A DNA stretch of 63,824 bases, from the IMG/VR virus record IMGVR_UViG_3300037119_005132, positions 1 through 63,824 of that record; one strand, 5' to 3'. Source of the DNA: a virus. Taxonomy: Duplodnaviria; Caudoviricetes. Under the pieces are notes generated by a model, which saw only the letters and a program-made list of their open reading frames with translations, was not told the origin of the DNA and searched no databases. Shown one piece after another: positions 8,684 through 17,738 of the stretch. The position numbers and the translations under genes are program-made. The first letter of the stretch is position 1, and every line of letters starts with the position of its first letter.

Positions 8684-9123
8684 CGACCACCGTGGAGTTC
8701 ATCCTCGGCGCTGACATCAGATCGTGGACCCGGTTCACCGTCGTCGATGCCACCGACGAAGAGGCCGACATCCTCGGCAGCCTGAACACGGAGGCGGCTG
8801 TCGCCTTGGCGAAGACGCTCGACGAGGCGGACCGCCTGGTCTGGGAGGACATGGACTACGACGACAACCCGGACCTGTTCGCGGACTACGCCAGCCCGGA
8901 TGTCATCGAGTGCAAGGTCACGCCGGTCTGGTATCGACCGTCGCACACCCTCGGCAAGTGGCACCTGATCACGGATATCGCCGACGGCACCGAGGTCAGC
9001 GTCTACACCGCCGCCTGCGGCGCCGGCATCGGTGACAACGGCAGCGTCCCCACCCGTGTCGGAATTCCGACAGACCCCATCTGCAAGAAGTGCGCCGCCG
9101 CTCACGAACGGAGAACAGCATGA
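8680..9123 (+). CDS. Hypothetical protein with C-terminal Zn ribbon (147 aa)
   Basis: WH...ACG...CKKC; contains the 16-bp palindrome at 9057-9072. Confidence 0.8.
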   Translation: MTTTVEFILGADIRSWTRFTVVDATDEEADILGSLNTEAAVALAKTLDEADRLVWEDMDYDDNPDLFADYASPDVIECKVTPVWYRPSHTLGKWHLITDIADGTEVSVYTAACGAGIGDNGSVPTRVGIPTDPICKKCAAAHERRTA

Positions 9124-9446
9124 CCGCAACACCCGGACCAGACCACCTGGTCCCGATCAACGTCGGGCTCGAGCAGATGGATCTGCTCGGCCGGTACGTG
9201 GAGATCCAGAAGACCACGCTGATCAACAAGGACATGCCGAGCGAGCGCGAGGAGCGGCTGCACATCAGCGGCCGACTCGTCGCCACGTTCGACAAGTTCG
9301 TCAACGACGAGATCGTCGAGACCAGCCTCACCCTCGAAGGGGGTGGCGGGATGCACAACGACCGCATCTTCGTCTTCGAGTGGGACAGACCCGCCGTCGA
9401 TCCCGACAAGCAACTCATCCGACCCATCTACGCGAAGGAGCAATGA
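9120..9446 (+). CDS. Hypothetical protein (108 aa)
   Basis: RBS GGAG; ATGA overlap. Confidence 0.8.
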   Translation: MTATPGPDHLVPINVGLEQMDLLGRYVEIQKTTLINKDMPSEREERLHISGRLVATFDKFVNDEIVETSLTLEGGGGMHNDRIFVFEWDRPAVDPDKQLIRPIYAKEQ

Positions 9447-9447
9447 C

Positions 9448-9996
9448 GTGGGCTATTACATCTACCTCAATGAGCACGAGTTCACCCTGCAGGCGACGCA
9501 GTACGAGGCCGTGCTCGCACGCTGGCGCGAGTACGAGGAGGGCAACCTGCCCTACCCGTCGAGCTCGGTGTTCTACCAGTACCCGGACGACCCGCCCCGT
9601 GACCTCACGGTGCCCGGGATCTTCCAGGACATGGGCTTCGAGGTCGGCTTCGACGACGACGGCATGACCATCGAGGGGTGGGAGGGCAAGGCTCACAGCG
9701 AGGCCGACTACGTCCGAGTCATCGCCGACCTGATCGACGAGGGCTGGTATCTGGAATGGACCGGCGAGGACGACGAGCGCTGGCGGATGGAAGCGAGCGG
9801 CACCATCGGTGGCGAGACCGTGTTCATCCGGCCGCACCTGCGTGCTCGGCTCGACGACCTGACCAAGATGCTCGACGAGTACGACGAGACCCCGGTGGCA
9901 CAGGGGCCCGAGCTCACCGAGCAGGTCATCCGCGAGCTCGCCGCTGTCGGCCCGCTCATCGCAGCGATGCGTGCACTCATCGAGGATCTGTCGTGA
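9448..9996 (+). CDS. Acidic hypothetical protein (182 aa)
   Basis: RBS AAGGAG; GTG start; W.GEDD motif. Confidence 0.8.
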   Translation: MGYYIYLNEHEFTLQATQYEAVLARWREYEEGNLPYPSSSVFYQYPDDPPRDLTVPGIFQDMGFEVGFDDDGMTIEGWEGKAHSEADYVRVIADLIDEGWYLEWTGEDDERWRMEASGTIGGETVFIRPHLRARLDDLTKMLDEYDETPVAQGPELTEQVIRELAAVGPLIAAMRALIEDLS

Positions 9997-10367
9997 GCAC
10001 CGTCACGCCGGTGCCGGAGGACGATCTGATCCGGCGGTACGAGGCGGCACAGGCCGAGCTCCGCGAAGGGACCGACAAGTTCCCTCGCCTCGTGATGCAG
10101 GAGGTGACCGACGACGACGAGACGTACTGGACGCTGTACTGCCCACGCTGTGAGCACAGCGTGGGCGACGGCGACCTCTACGCGATCAGTCCGGCCGAGC
10201 ACTGGGCACCGAACGAGTACCTGGAAGACGACGCCTTCGACCGTCACCGAGTGACGTTCGATTCGAGCGAGCGCCCCGACCTGGAAGAGACGCTCTACTA
10301 CCAGCACGGCGACCTGCCTGGTCATGCCGTGAGCCTGCCCGATGGATGGAAGGAGGACTGGTCATGA
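9993..10367 (+). CDS. Hypothetical protein (124 aa)
   Basis: GTGA overlap; CPRC. Confidence 0.75.
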   Translation: MSTVTPVPEDDLIRRYEAAQAELREGTDKFPRLVMQEVTDDDETYWTLYCPRCEHSVGDGDLYAISPAEHWAPNEYLEDDAFDRHRVTFDSSERPDLEETLYYQHGDLPGHAVSLPDGWKEDWS

Positions 10368-10726
10368 CTATCGAGAGCGACATCGCCAGCCACAACGTGG
10401 CCACGGACATCCGTGAATCCATGTCCGAGCAGTCGGGGATCCCCGAGCGGGACACCCTCGACCGTGCGCTGTGGCGGGTGGACACCATCCTCAAGGCGCT
10501 CTACGACATGGAGACAGAGGAGCCGGTGCAAGCACTGGGCGATCTGATGTCGGACGTCCTGCACTGGTGCGACTACCACAACCGAAGCCTGAGCCACGCT
10601 CAGGACCGAGCGACCCAGATGGTGGATTGGGAGCGGGCCGACTGGGGCCTGCCCCGCATGTGGGCATCCGACCGGATGTTCCGCCCGACGGGTCCGATCA
10701 TTCGTCAACGAAGGAGTGACCGATGA
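10364..10726 (+). CDS. Hypothetical protein (120 aa)
   Basis: RBS AGGAGG; DLMSDVLHWCD motif. Confidence 0.8.
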   Translation: MTIESDIASHNVATDIRESMSEQSGIPERDTLDRALWRVDTILKALYDMETEEPVQALGDLMSDVLHWCDYHNRSLSHAQDRATQMVDWERADWGLPRMWASDRMFRPTGPIIRQRRSDR

Positions 10727-10959
10727 GCGTCACCGTGAAGATCGAGAACACCTACGAGGACGGGCACGAGTCCGTCGTCAACGTCATCGTCGCCGACCCG
10801 GAGGACGACGACCTCGAGATGTGGTGGGAGGACGAGGTCTTCCCCCACACCGGGGACGGGCACGGGGAGAAGTACCCGAAGCTCGGCTCCATGTACGAGG
10901 CCACGATCACCAAGGCCGACGACGCATCGCTCGTCGGCCAGAGCATGGAATGGGGATGA
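10723..10959 (+). CDS. Small acidic protein (78 aa)
   Basis: RBS AAGGAG. Confidence 0.8.
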   Translation: MSVTVKIENTYEDGHESVVNVIVADPEDDDLEMWWEDEVFPHTGDGHGEKYPKLGSMYEATITKADDASLVGQSMEWG

Positions 10960-11669
10960 GCATGACACGCAGGGAAGAGCGCGAGCAGCGCGAGGCCGCG
11001 GCCATCCGAGAGGTGGTGCACAACGTCTTCGCCGACTGGGGGATCTGGCCTGACGACCACACCCCCGAGGCGATGGGGCACACCGACATGGGCGACGGGT
11101 TCGCTGCCCAGATCGGACAGGGCGAGGCCGTCGAGTACCACGAGGTCTACCACCTGATCCTCGACGTCGCGAAGACGGTGCACCGGATGCCCAGCGCTGG
11201 CCCCTCGGATGCCGTGAGCCGCACAGAATACGACGAGGCGGTGGCCGAGGCCAAGCGCCTGCAGTCCATCATCGAGCGGGCATATGGCACCGATGGCTGG
11301 GACATCGGGAGCATGAAGAGCGTGCTGATCCCCGGCCTGCCCGGCTACGAGAACTACGGGAGGAAGAGCGTCAGCCATGCTCATGCCCACACCTGGGGTC
11401 CGCCGATAGGTCGACCCAGCCTGCAGCTATGCGAGTGCGGCGCCCACCAGCGGACGCCGTTGCCTGCCTTGCTGCTGTTCACCGACGAGGACGTCCGCCT
11501 CGAGTTCGGCGAGGGATCCAGCGAGCAAGGCTGGTGGATCGAGCTCGTGCTCGACGACGAGAACAGCGACGACCGAGTCCGACTCTCGCTCGACGACATG
11601 GAGGCGACCAAGCTCAGCGATCGACTGGCCGAGAAGGTCCGCGAGGGAAGGAAGGACTGGCAGTCATGA
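10956..11669 (+). CDS. Hypothetical protein (237 aa), apparently mosaic
   Basis: ATGA overlap. Confidence 0.75.
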   Translation: MSMTRREEREQREAAAIREVVHNVFADWGIWPDDHTPEAMGHTDMGDGFAAQIGQGEAVEYHEVYHLILDVAKTVHRMPSAGPSDAVSRTEYDEAVAEAKRLQSIIERAYGTDGWDIGSMKSVLIPGLPGYENYGRKSVSHAHAHTWGPPIGRPSLQLCECGAHQRTPLPALLLFTDEDVRLEFGEGSSEQGWWIELVLDDENSDDRVRLSLDDMEATKLSDRLAEKVREGRKDWQS

Positions 11670-12028
11670 AGATCACGACCAAGCCGTGCATGAAGTGCGG
11701 CAAGACAGCGGAGATGGAGGTCGACTCGACCGCCTACTTCCGCTGGAAGGAGCAGGGCTGGCACATCCAGACCGCGTTCCCTGACATGCCCGCCGAACAG
11801 CGCGAGCTCCTCATCTCCGGCACGCATCCCGCCTGTTGGCTCGAGCTCTTCGGCGACGAGGACGACGACGAGGACGGATGCGAGGGGCACGAGTCCCTGC
11901 GCGGCGACCTCATGGGAGCCACGTTCTACTGCGACGGCTCCTGCCGGCACCCCGCTCCCCGTGAGCAGCGCATCCTGAACGACCCGACCCCCCGCTCTGA
12001 GTACGACGAGCACCACCACCTGCTGTAA
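11666..12028 (+). CDS. Cys-rich hypothetical protein (120 aa)
   Basis: CMKC...RELLISGTHPACW; CEGHES...YCDGSC. Confidence 0.8.
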   Translation: MKITTKPCMKCGKTAEMEVDSTAYFRWKEQGWHIQTAFPDMPAEQRELLISGTHPACWLELFGDEDDDEDGCEGHESLRGDLMGATFYCDGSCRHPAPREQRILNDPTPRSEYDEHHHLL

Positions 12029-12082
12029 GAAACCCCTGGTCAGACCGCAGCCGCGGCTGACCCCCTGGAAAGGACAACGAAC

Positions 12083-12805
12083 ATTCCGAATCACGAGACC
12101 TCGAATGTGGTCATCACCGGTACGCCGGCGAACATCCGTCGCTTCATCGCCGAGGCGACGAAGCCCTACCCGGAGGGAGATGAGACTCCCGCCGAACACC
12201 CCGAGCGCATCATCGACTTCGACCTGATCATCCCGATGCCGCCCGGACTGCGAGACACCGTCAGCCCGCACGAGGTGGTCGCCACCCAGGAGGAGGCCGA
12301 CCAGAAGAACGCCGAGTACAACGCACAGCCGTTCTCGAAGATGTTCCGCGACGACGACGCCGCACCGCAGGTCAAGTACATGACGATGACCGAAGTGCTC
12401 CGCCGCATGGGGGAGTACGGCGCGACCAACTGGTACGACTGGTCGGTCACCAACTGGGGCACGAAGTGGGGGGCGTACAGCCACAGCCACTACCGACTCA
12501 GCTGGGCCAAGAAGTACGGCGAGGACGACGTGATCTACGGTCGCGTCGACCTCCGCTTCGAGACCGCCTGGTCGCAGCCGACGCCGATCTTCCAGACGAT
12601 CGAGGAGCGCTGGGATGTGGAGGTGCGAGCCATCACGCAGGACGAGGGTGGCTACCCCGACGTGCCGTACGGTACCGACCCGTTCGACGTGCTCAACCGC
12701 GAGGTCACCTTCACCTTCGAGAACTGGGACACCGAGATCGAGGAGCCCGCGCTCAACCCCGACTCGGTCGGCGCCGGCCACCCCGAGGAGCAGGTCAATG
12801 AGTGA
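12083..12805 (+). CDS. DUF1281/YubB-type ferredoxin-like domain protein (240 aa), probable ATT start
   Basis: NWYDW..NWGTKW and FETAWS.P motifs; RBS GAAAGGA 8 nt before ATT CCG AAT. Confidence 0.75.
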   Translation: MPNHETSNVVITGTPANIRRFIAEATKPYPEGDETPAEHPERIIDFDLIIPMPPGLRDTVSPHEVVATQEEADQKNAEYNAQPFSKMFRDDDAAPQVKYMTMTEVLRRMGEYGATNWYDWSVTNWGTKWGAYSHSHYRLSWAKKYGEDDVIYGRVDLRFETAWSQPTPIFQTIEERWDVEVRAITQDEGGYPDVPYGTDPFDVLNREVTFTFENWDTEIEEPALNPDSVGAGHPEEQVNE

Positions 12806-13199
12806 CGCCTCGTTCATCATCGAGCTCACGATGGGGTTCGCGGTGAAGGCGGACGACATCAGCATGATGATCGACACCAACATCTACCGCGACTCGTCGC
12901 CGTGGATCGGACGCATCGACCGTGTGGAACTGGGCGAGGACACCCCCGTCTGGAAGGTCTGGTACGACGGGCCCGAGGACGACGAGGCGACCTTCGCTTC
13001 GACCGCCACGGTCAGTCAGTTCCAGCTTCTCGAGGCGTTCGGAAAGGCGGCCGCGGCGCAGTGGAAGGGCAAGCACTTCGGCCTGTGCTGTCTCGACGAG
13101 ATGCTGCAGGACAAGAGCCTGGCCATCGGATGCGCGCAGGACAGCGACATCGTCATGCAGTTCGCACTGCTCGGGGACGAAGCGCCGGTGTATGGATAG
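12798..13199 (+). CDS. Hypothetical protein (133 aa)
   Basis: RBS GAGGAG; ends in D.IVMQFALLG..VYG. Confidence 0.8.
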   Translation: MSDASFIIELTMGFAVKADDISMMIDTNIYRDSSPWIGRIDRVELGEDTPVWKVWYDGPEDDEATFASTATVSQFQLLEAFGKAAAAQWKGKHFGLCCLDEMLQDKSLAIGCAQDSDIVMQFALLGDEAPVYG

Positions 13200-13202
13200 A
13201 GC

Positions 13203-13448
13203 ATGACGCCACCGCCGAAGCGCGAGGACCGGCTCAACCCGATGAGCCGCAGGAGGGGGCGCCCCCCGGCGCCCCCGCCTGGTCCCGAGTGGTTTGTACT
13301 CGGGGCCACCATCACGTGCACAGGATGTGGCTGGGTCGGTCTAGAGACAGACGGACCTGCTGCCATTGAAGCATGGCAAGCGCACGTGAAACGCCAGCCC
13401 GAACAACACCGTGACATCGAGCCCGACGCCTATACGCTTGTACTATGA
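13203..13448 (+). CDS. Hypothetical protein (81 aa)
   Basis: CxxCGW...W..H. Confidence 0.6.
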   Translation: MTPPPKREDRLNPMSRRRGRPPAPPPGPEWFVLGATITCTGCGWVGLETDGPAAIEAWQAHVKRQPEQHRDIEPDAYTLVL

Positions 13449-13461
13449 ACGGTCGACAGCG

Positions 13462-13911
13462 ATGAGTGGCAAGGCGGTGCCGGTAGAGCTCAGGTTCTGG
13501 ACGAAGGTCGACGCTCGTGGCATCTGCTGGGAGTGGACGGCGGCGAAGTCGAAGGGTGGGTACGGAGTCATTGGCCTGCTGCACCCGAAGATCGGATACG
13601 CGCATCGCGTGGCCTGGGAAATCCTGGTCGGGCCCATCCCCGAGGGGCTTGAGCTCGACCACCTTTGCCGGAACCGCGCCTGCGTGAACCCCGACCACCT
13701 TGAGCCGGTGCTCCACCTCGTCAATGCGAGGCGCGGAGTCCGTCGGTTCATGCCGTACGAGCTAGCGGCGGCCAAGGCCGCACGAACTGAATGCCCACGG
13801 GCACACGAGTTCTCAGTCGAGAACACGTACATCACCAAGGAGGGAGCACGAGTATGTCGAACGTGCGCAAGGGACAATCAACGGAGCAGACGATCTACAT
13901 CGACCGCGTGA
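13462..13911 (+). CDS. HNH endonuclease with C-terminal Zn ribbon
   Basis: CWEW, AHRVAW, LDHLCRNRACVNPDHLE, CPRAHEF...CRTC. Confidence 0.9.
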   Translation: MSGKAVPVELRFWTKVDARGICWEWTAAKSKGGYGVIGLLHPKIGYAHRVAWEILVGPIPEGLELDHLCRNRACVNPDHLEPVLHLVNARRGVRRFMPYELAAAKAARTECPRAHEFSVENTYITKEGARVCRTCARDNQRSRRSTSTA

Positions 13912-14150
13912 CCCAGTCGAATGCGGCGCATGTCCTCTGGGTCATGGGCATGGAGGGTGGCGTCCAGCCCGGCAGCTTCGTCGAGAAGCTGATCGAGGCG
14001 ATGGTCGTCGCCGACACGGAGAACCTCGCGCGGCTGAGTCAAGGGTTCGAGGGCCTGACCGCCGCGCTGTCCGTGTACAAGAAGCTCGAGGGTGGCGTGG
14101 CCATCCTGCAGGGCATCGCCGCCGGCCGGCCATACGTCGGGGAGGGGTGA
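13854..14150 (+). CDS. Hypothetical protein (98 aa)
   Basis: RBS AAGGAGG; PGSF..KLIEA...AD..N..RL. Confidence 0.75.
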   Translation: MSNVRKGQSTEQTIYIDRVTQSNAAHVLWVMGMEGGVQPGSFVEKLIEAMVVADTENLARLSQGFEGLTAALSVYKKLEGGVAILQGIAAGRPYVGEG

Positions 14151-14683
14151 TGGTCCGCCCTCACCTGCACGTGGACTGGCCCAAGGCTGTCGCCCTGGCG
14201 GCGGCGGCGGAGGGCGAGTGGGTACTGGTCGGCAACGACGTCTCGGCGAACACGCTGAACACCGTCTACCGCCGCGAGAACCTGGTGCTCCGTGAGGCTG
14301 GCCGCATGGAGGCCAGGATGCCCGAGACCTACGGCGACCCACCCCGCGGTGACCTCTGGCTCCGGTCGGTCACCGACTGGAAGCCACGCCGTACCGTGGG
14401 CGACGCCGTCGTGAAGCAGCTGCGGATGCCGCGCACGCTCAAGCTGCAGGTGCATCGCTTCGCCCGATCGCAGAGCATCTCCGTCTCCGCCCTAGCGGAC
14501 AAGTGCCTCGCCCGCATCGCCCGCCAGGGGCGACGTTACGAGGATCCCGAGGCAACCGTCATCGCGATCAACGTCTCGACGAGGAAGTGGGAGCGGGCGA
14601 TGGCACGGGCCGAGGCAGATGGCTTCGCGCTGGCAGTCGCTCTACGCGAGGAGCTTCTGTACGAAGCGCGCCGACGCCGGTGA
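14147..14683 (+). CDS. Putative ribbon-helix-helix DNA-binding protein (178 aa)
   Basis: QLRMPRTLKLQV...SISVSAL RHH-like pattern, apparently duplicated. Confidence 0.6.
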   Translation: MMVRPHLHVDWPKAVALAAAAEGEWVLVGNDVSANTLNTVYRRENLVLREAGRMEARMPETYGDPPRGDLWLRSVTDWKPRRTVGDAVVKQLRMPRTLKLQVHRFARSQSISVSALADKCLARIARQGRRYEDPEATVIAINVSTRKWERAMARAEADGFALAVALREELLYEARRRR

Positions 14684-14690
14684 ACGTGGA

Positions 14691-14784
14691 CGCCCCCGGT
14701 GCCGAAGCGCCGGGGGCGAGATGTTCCCTGGATGGAACGGCCTCAGCCTACAACACAGATCCCCCCGACCGGAGTCGGGGGGAT
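14691..14784. terminator. Two GC hairpins in intergenic region
   Basis: CGCCCCCGGTGC/GCGCCGGGGGCG and GATCCCCCCGAC/GTCGGGGGGATC. Confidence 0.5.
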
Positions 14785-14893
14785 CGTGGATCGTGACCCG
14801 CAGGGGTACGATCGGAAGCATTCTGGGCCTCGAGTGGGAGCTTAGCATTACCCCCCTCTTGAGGCGTATTTCGTTATGCCCAAGGAGGGCTCA

Positions 14894-15280
14894 ATGACCA
14901 TACCCACCACCGCTCAACTGGCGGCCGCCGACGCCGCCGTCTCTGCGTATCAGCAGGGCTACAGCATGGGACGTGAGGCCGGCATCGCCGAGGCCAACGT
15001 CCAGATCGAGTGTCTCGAGTTGCTGGTCGACCACTGGTACTACGTCGCGAACAACCCGACCGCCGTCGCCGAGGAGCGCAAGCGCGACCTCTCGTACATC
15101 GAGCTCCGCGAAGCGCGTGCCGAGCGACAGGCGAAGCACCGCGAGTGGGACGAGAACGAGCAGCAGATGTTCGACCAGGCCCGCACCATGATCGACCAGG
15201 GTCACAGCGACCGCACCATCGCTGTGACCCTCGGTCTGTTCCTGCCGCTCGTCGCGAACCTGCGGTCCGGCGCCCTGTGA
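14894..15280 (+). CDS. Hypothetical protein with C-terminal HTH-like motif (128 aa)
   Basis: RBS AAGGAGG; GHSDRTIAVTLG. Confidence 0.7.
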   Translation: MTIPTTAQLAAADAAVSAYQQGYSMGREAGIAEANVQIECLELLVDHWYYVANNPTAVAEERKRDLSYIELREARAERQAKHREWDENEQQMFDQARTMIDQGHSDRTIAVTLGLFLPLVANLRSGAL

Positions 15281-16614
15281 GCGCCGAGCCCAACGGGTGG
15301 CCCGAGGTTCTCGGTCCCCCGGCAGGAGCCCTGCCTCATCGCGACAACCAAGACCTCCGAGACTCCTGGTCTCACCCCGACAACCAGCAGAAGCAGGCAC
15401 CCGCTCGCTCGCTGTCGCTCCGCTCGCTCGCCGACGCCGAGTCGAAGAAGACGCGCTTCCTCTGGGAGGGCATGATCCCGCAGTCGGCAGTCACCATCTG
15501 CGCCGGACGCGGTGGCGTGGCCAAGTCCACGTTCGCGATCTGGCTCGGTGGACAGTTGAACCAGGGCATCCTGCGCGGCGAGCTCTACGCTCAGCCGACC
15601 TCCGTGCTGTACGTCAGCCACGAGGACTCGCTGGAAGAGGTCGTGCTGCCCCGAGTGGATGCCAACGACGCCGACCGGACGCTGTTCTACTCGCTCGGCA
15701 TTGAGTCGAAAGAGGTCGGCGGCATCACCGTGCCGCGGCTCCCGGAGGATCTGCCGCTGATCCGGCAGGCCATCGAGGAGACCGACGCCAAGCTGCTGAT
15801 CATCGACCCGATCACGTCGACCCTCTCCGGTGGTGACAACGACCGGATGGCCGACGTCCGGCAGGTGATGGACCCGCTCAATGCGATGGCCGCCGAGCTC
15901 GGCGTGAGCGTCATCGGGATCGCCCACTTCCGCAAGGGCGGCGGCTCCCAGTCCGACATGATCTCCGGCTCTCACGCCTGGCGTGATGCCGCGCGGTGCG
16001 TCATCCTCTTCGCCCGAGACGAGGAGGCGGACTGCACGGTCATCACGCTCGAGAAGATCAACTCCGGCCAGGCCGGGAAGAGCTTCAAGTACCACCTCGA
16101 CATCGTCCAGCAGCTGACCGATGAGGGCACCTTCACGGATGTCGGCAAGGTCGTCTGGGAGGGCGAGTCCACCGCTTCGGTCGGAGACATCATCAACAAC
16201 GAACAGGAACGCTCGCGCCAGGGGAGCACGGCGAACGAACTCCTCGAGTACATGCGCTCGTTCAAGGGCCGGGCCGTCAAGGGCGAGGACATCGTTAAGC
16301 ACTTCGCTGTCGACGGCGTCAAGCCGGCGACGGTGAGGCAGAACCTCGGCCGCATGGTCACCCGAGGTCTGCTGACGAAGCCCGCCTACGGATGGTTCGC
16401 CGCAGTGATGCCGCCCGACGAAGAAGCCTCACGCGCGCGTGGGGGTGTCATAGGTGTCACACCTGTAGAACTTGCAGAAAGTGTGACAGGTACGACAGGT
16501 GTGACCCCCCCACGCGCGCGAGACAACGCCTCCCTCTGTCGCATTTGCGGCTATCCCCTCGCCGACGTAGTGATCGCCAGCGGCGAGCGGGTCCACCCCA
16601 CCTGCGATCGCTAG
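15277..16614 (+). CDS. RepA-like AAA ATPase/replicative helicase (445 aa)
   Basis: Walker A GRGGVAKST, Walker B LLIIDP, H.RK, GS.AW; C-terminal wHTH-like region. Confidence 0.88.
   Translation: MSAEPNGWPEVLGPPAGALPHRDNQDLRDSWSHPDNQQKQAPARSLSLRSLADAESKKTRFLWEGMIPQSAVTICAGRGGVAKSTFAIWLGGQLNQGILRGELYAQPTSVLYVSHEDSLEEVVLPRVDANDADRTLFYSLGIESKEVGGITVPRLPEDLPLIRQAIEETDAKLLIIDPITSTLSGGDNDRMADVRQVMDPLNAMAAELGVSVIGIAHFRKGGGSQSDMISGSHAWRDAARCVILFARDEEADCTVITLEKINSGQAGKSFKYHLDIVQQLTDEGTFTDVGKVVWEGESTASVGDIINNEQERSRQGSTANELLEYMRSFKGRAVKGEDIVKHFAVDGVKPATVRQNLGRMVTRGLLTKPAYGWFAAVMPPDEEASRARGGVIGVTPVELAESVTGTTGVTPPRARDNASLCRICGYPLADVVIASGERVHPTCDR
16431..16520. repeat. Iteron-like TGTCAC/GTGACA repeats in helicase 3' end (possible origin)
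   Basis: GGGGGTGTCA..GGTGTCACACCTGT..GTGTGACAGGT..ACAGGTGTGACCCCCC flanked by ACGCGCGCG. Confidence 0.5.
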
Positions 16615-16623
16615 GAGAACAGC

Positions 16624-16836
16624 ATGACGACGACAACATTCAGCGAGGCGTGCGACCAGGCGGTCGCCGTCATCCAGAACCATCACGAGCGCGGCACCCA
16701 TGACAGGTACGGCTGCATCGTCGAGTGCCTCACGGAGGCCGGCCGCGTCGGCGTCCTCAATGAGCTCGTCAGCAGTGGGCGCGTCGTCGAGAAGTTGCGT
16801 CAGGGCCTGTGGCGCCTGACGCCGGGGCGATCATGA
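16624..16836 (+). CDS. Small winged-helix-like protein (70 aa)
   Basis: RBS AGGAG; LNELVSSGRV...GLWRL. Confidence 0.7.
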   Translation: MTTTTFSEACDQAVAVIQNHHERGTHDRYGCIVECLTEAGRVGVLNELVSSGRVVEKLRQGLWRLTPGRS

Positions 16837-16970
16837 ACGACGACCTGCCCGACGACCTCGCTCGTCCTCGCCGGCGGTATGCCAGCGACATCGCCTCGCT
16901 CATCACCGGCCTGGTCTTGCTCGGCATCGTCGCCGCGCTCGCCACGTTCTGGATGTCGGTGCCGCGGTGA
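16833..16970 (+). CDS. Small membrane protein (45 aa)
   Basis: ATGA overlap; one TM helix. Confidence 0.65.
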   Translation: MNDDLPDDLARPRRRYASDIASLITGLVLLGIVAALATFWMSVPR

Positions 16971-17136
16971 CTCCCCCAGTGGATTGCCACTGGCCGGAGG
17001 AGAGCGGGCTGGTGCACATGCACCACATGCTCGGGCTCGAGGTGCCGCAGATCCTGCGCTGATCGGCGTGTCACTAGCACCACCCCCACCCTGTGGGGCA
17101 TAATGGAATACATCATCACTCCCTGGAAGGAGCACT

Positions 17137-17400
17137 ATGGCGGAACCGCGTGCATCCACGCACAATCACGGCGTCTTCGTCGACAGCGCCATGCCGGCCG
17201 ATCGACACATCGTCGCGGGCTTCGTCGTCCTGATGGACGACGCCGGCAACTTCGGCGCTTACGTGGCGCAGCAGCCGGCCAGCTTCGGCTGGCCGACCGC
17301 GCCGATGCCGAGCCCGGAGATCCTGCTCGAGATCACCAACCTGCTCGCCCACGCCTGGGGCGTGGCGAGCCTGACCACCCTGGAAGGAACCAGCGAGTGA
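17137..17400 (+). CDS. Hypothetical protein (87 aa)
   Basis: RBS AAGGAG; -10-like CATAAT at 17099-17104. Confidence 0.75.
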   Translation: MAEPRASTHNHGVFVDSAMPADRHIVAGFVVLMDDAGNFGAYVAQQPASFGWPTAPMPSPEILLEITNLLAHAWGVASLTTLEGTSE

Positions 17401-17711
17401 AGCTCATCAACTACCAAGAGGTGAAGACGATCCCGACCAGCCCGCGAGGCCGGTACGCGGAGGAAGTCCAAGCCACCATCTCTGGCCTGCGCAACGTGCC
17501 GCGCGACCGCCTGTTCCGCGGCGTCGTCGTGGCGGAGTTTCCGTTCGCGGACCACGGCACCGAGGAGGCACCGAAGGAAGCCCACGCATTCCGTCAGTCC
17601 CTCAAGAAGCAGGCGCCTGGTTTCGTCACCGGAATCAGGACTCAGGGTGAGCGCACATCCGTCTGGATGAAGCTCACCGACCCCACCGCTGCTCAGCAGA
17701 TCATCGCCTAG
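17397..17711 (+). CDS. Hypothetical protein (104 aa)
   Basis: RBS GAAGGA; GTGA overlap. Confidence 0.75.
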   Translation: MKLINYQEVKTIPTSPRGRYAEEVQATISGLRNVPRDRLFRGVVVAEFPFADHGTEEAPKEAHAFRQSLKKQAPGFVTGIRTQGERTSVWMKLTDPTAAQQIIA

Positions 17712-17738
17712 ATCACCACCACCGAATAGAGGAACAAC

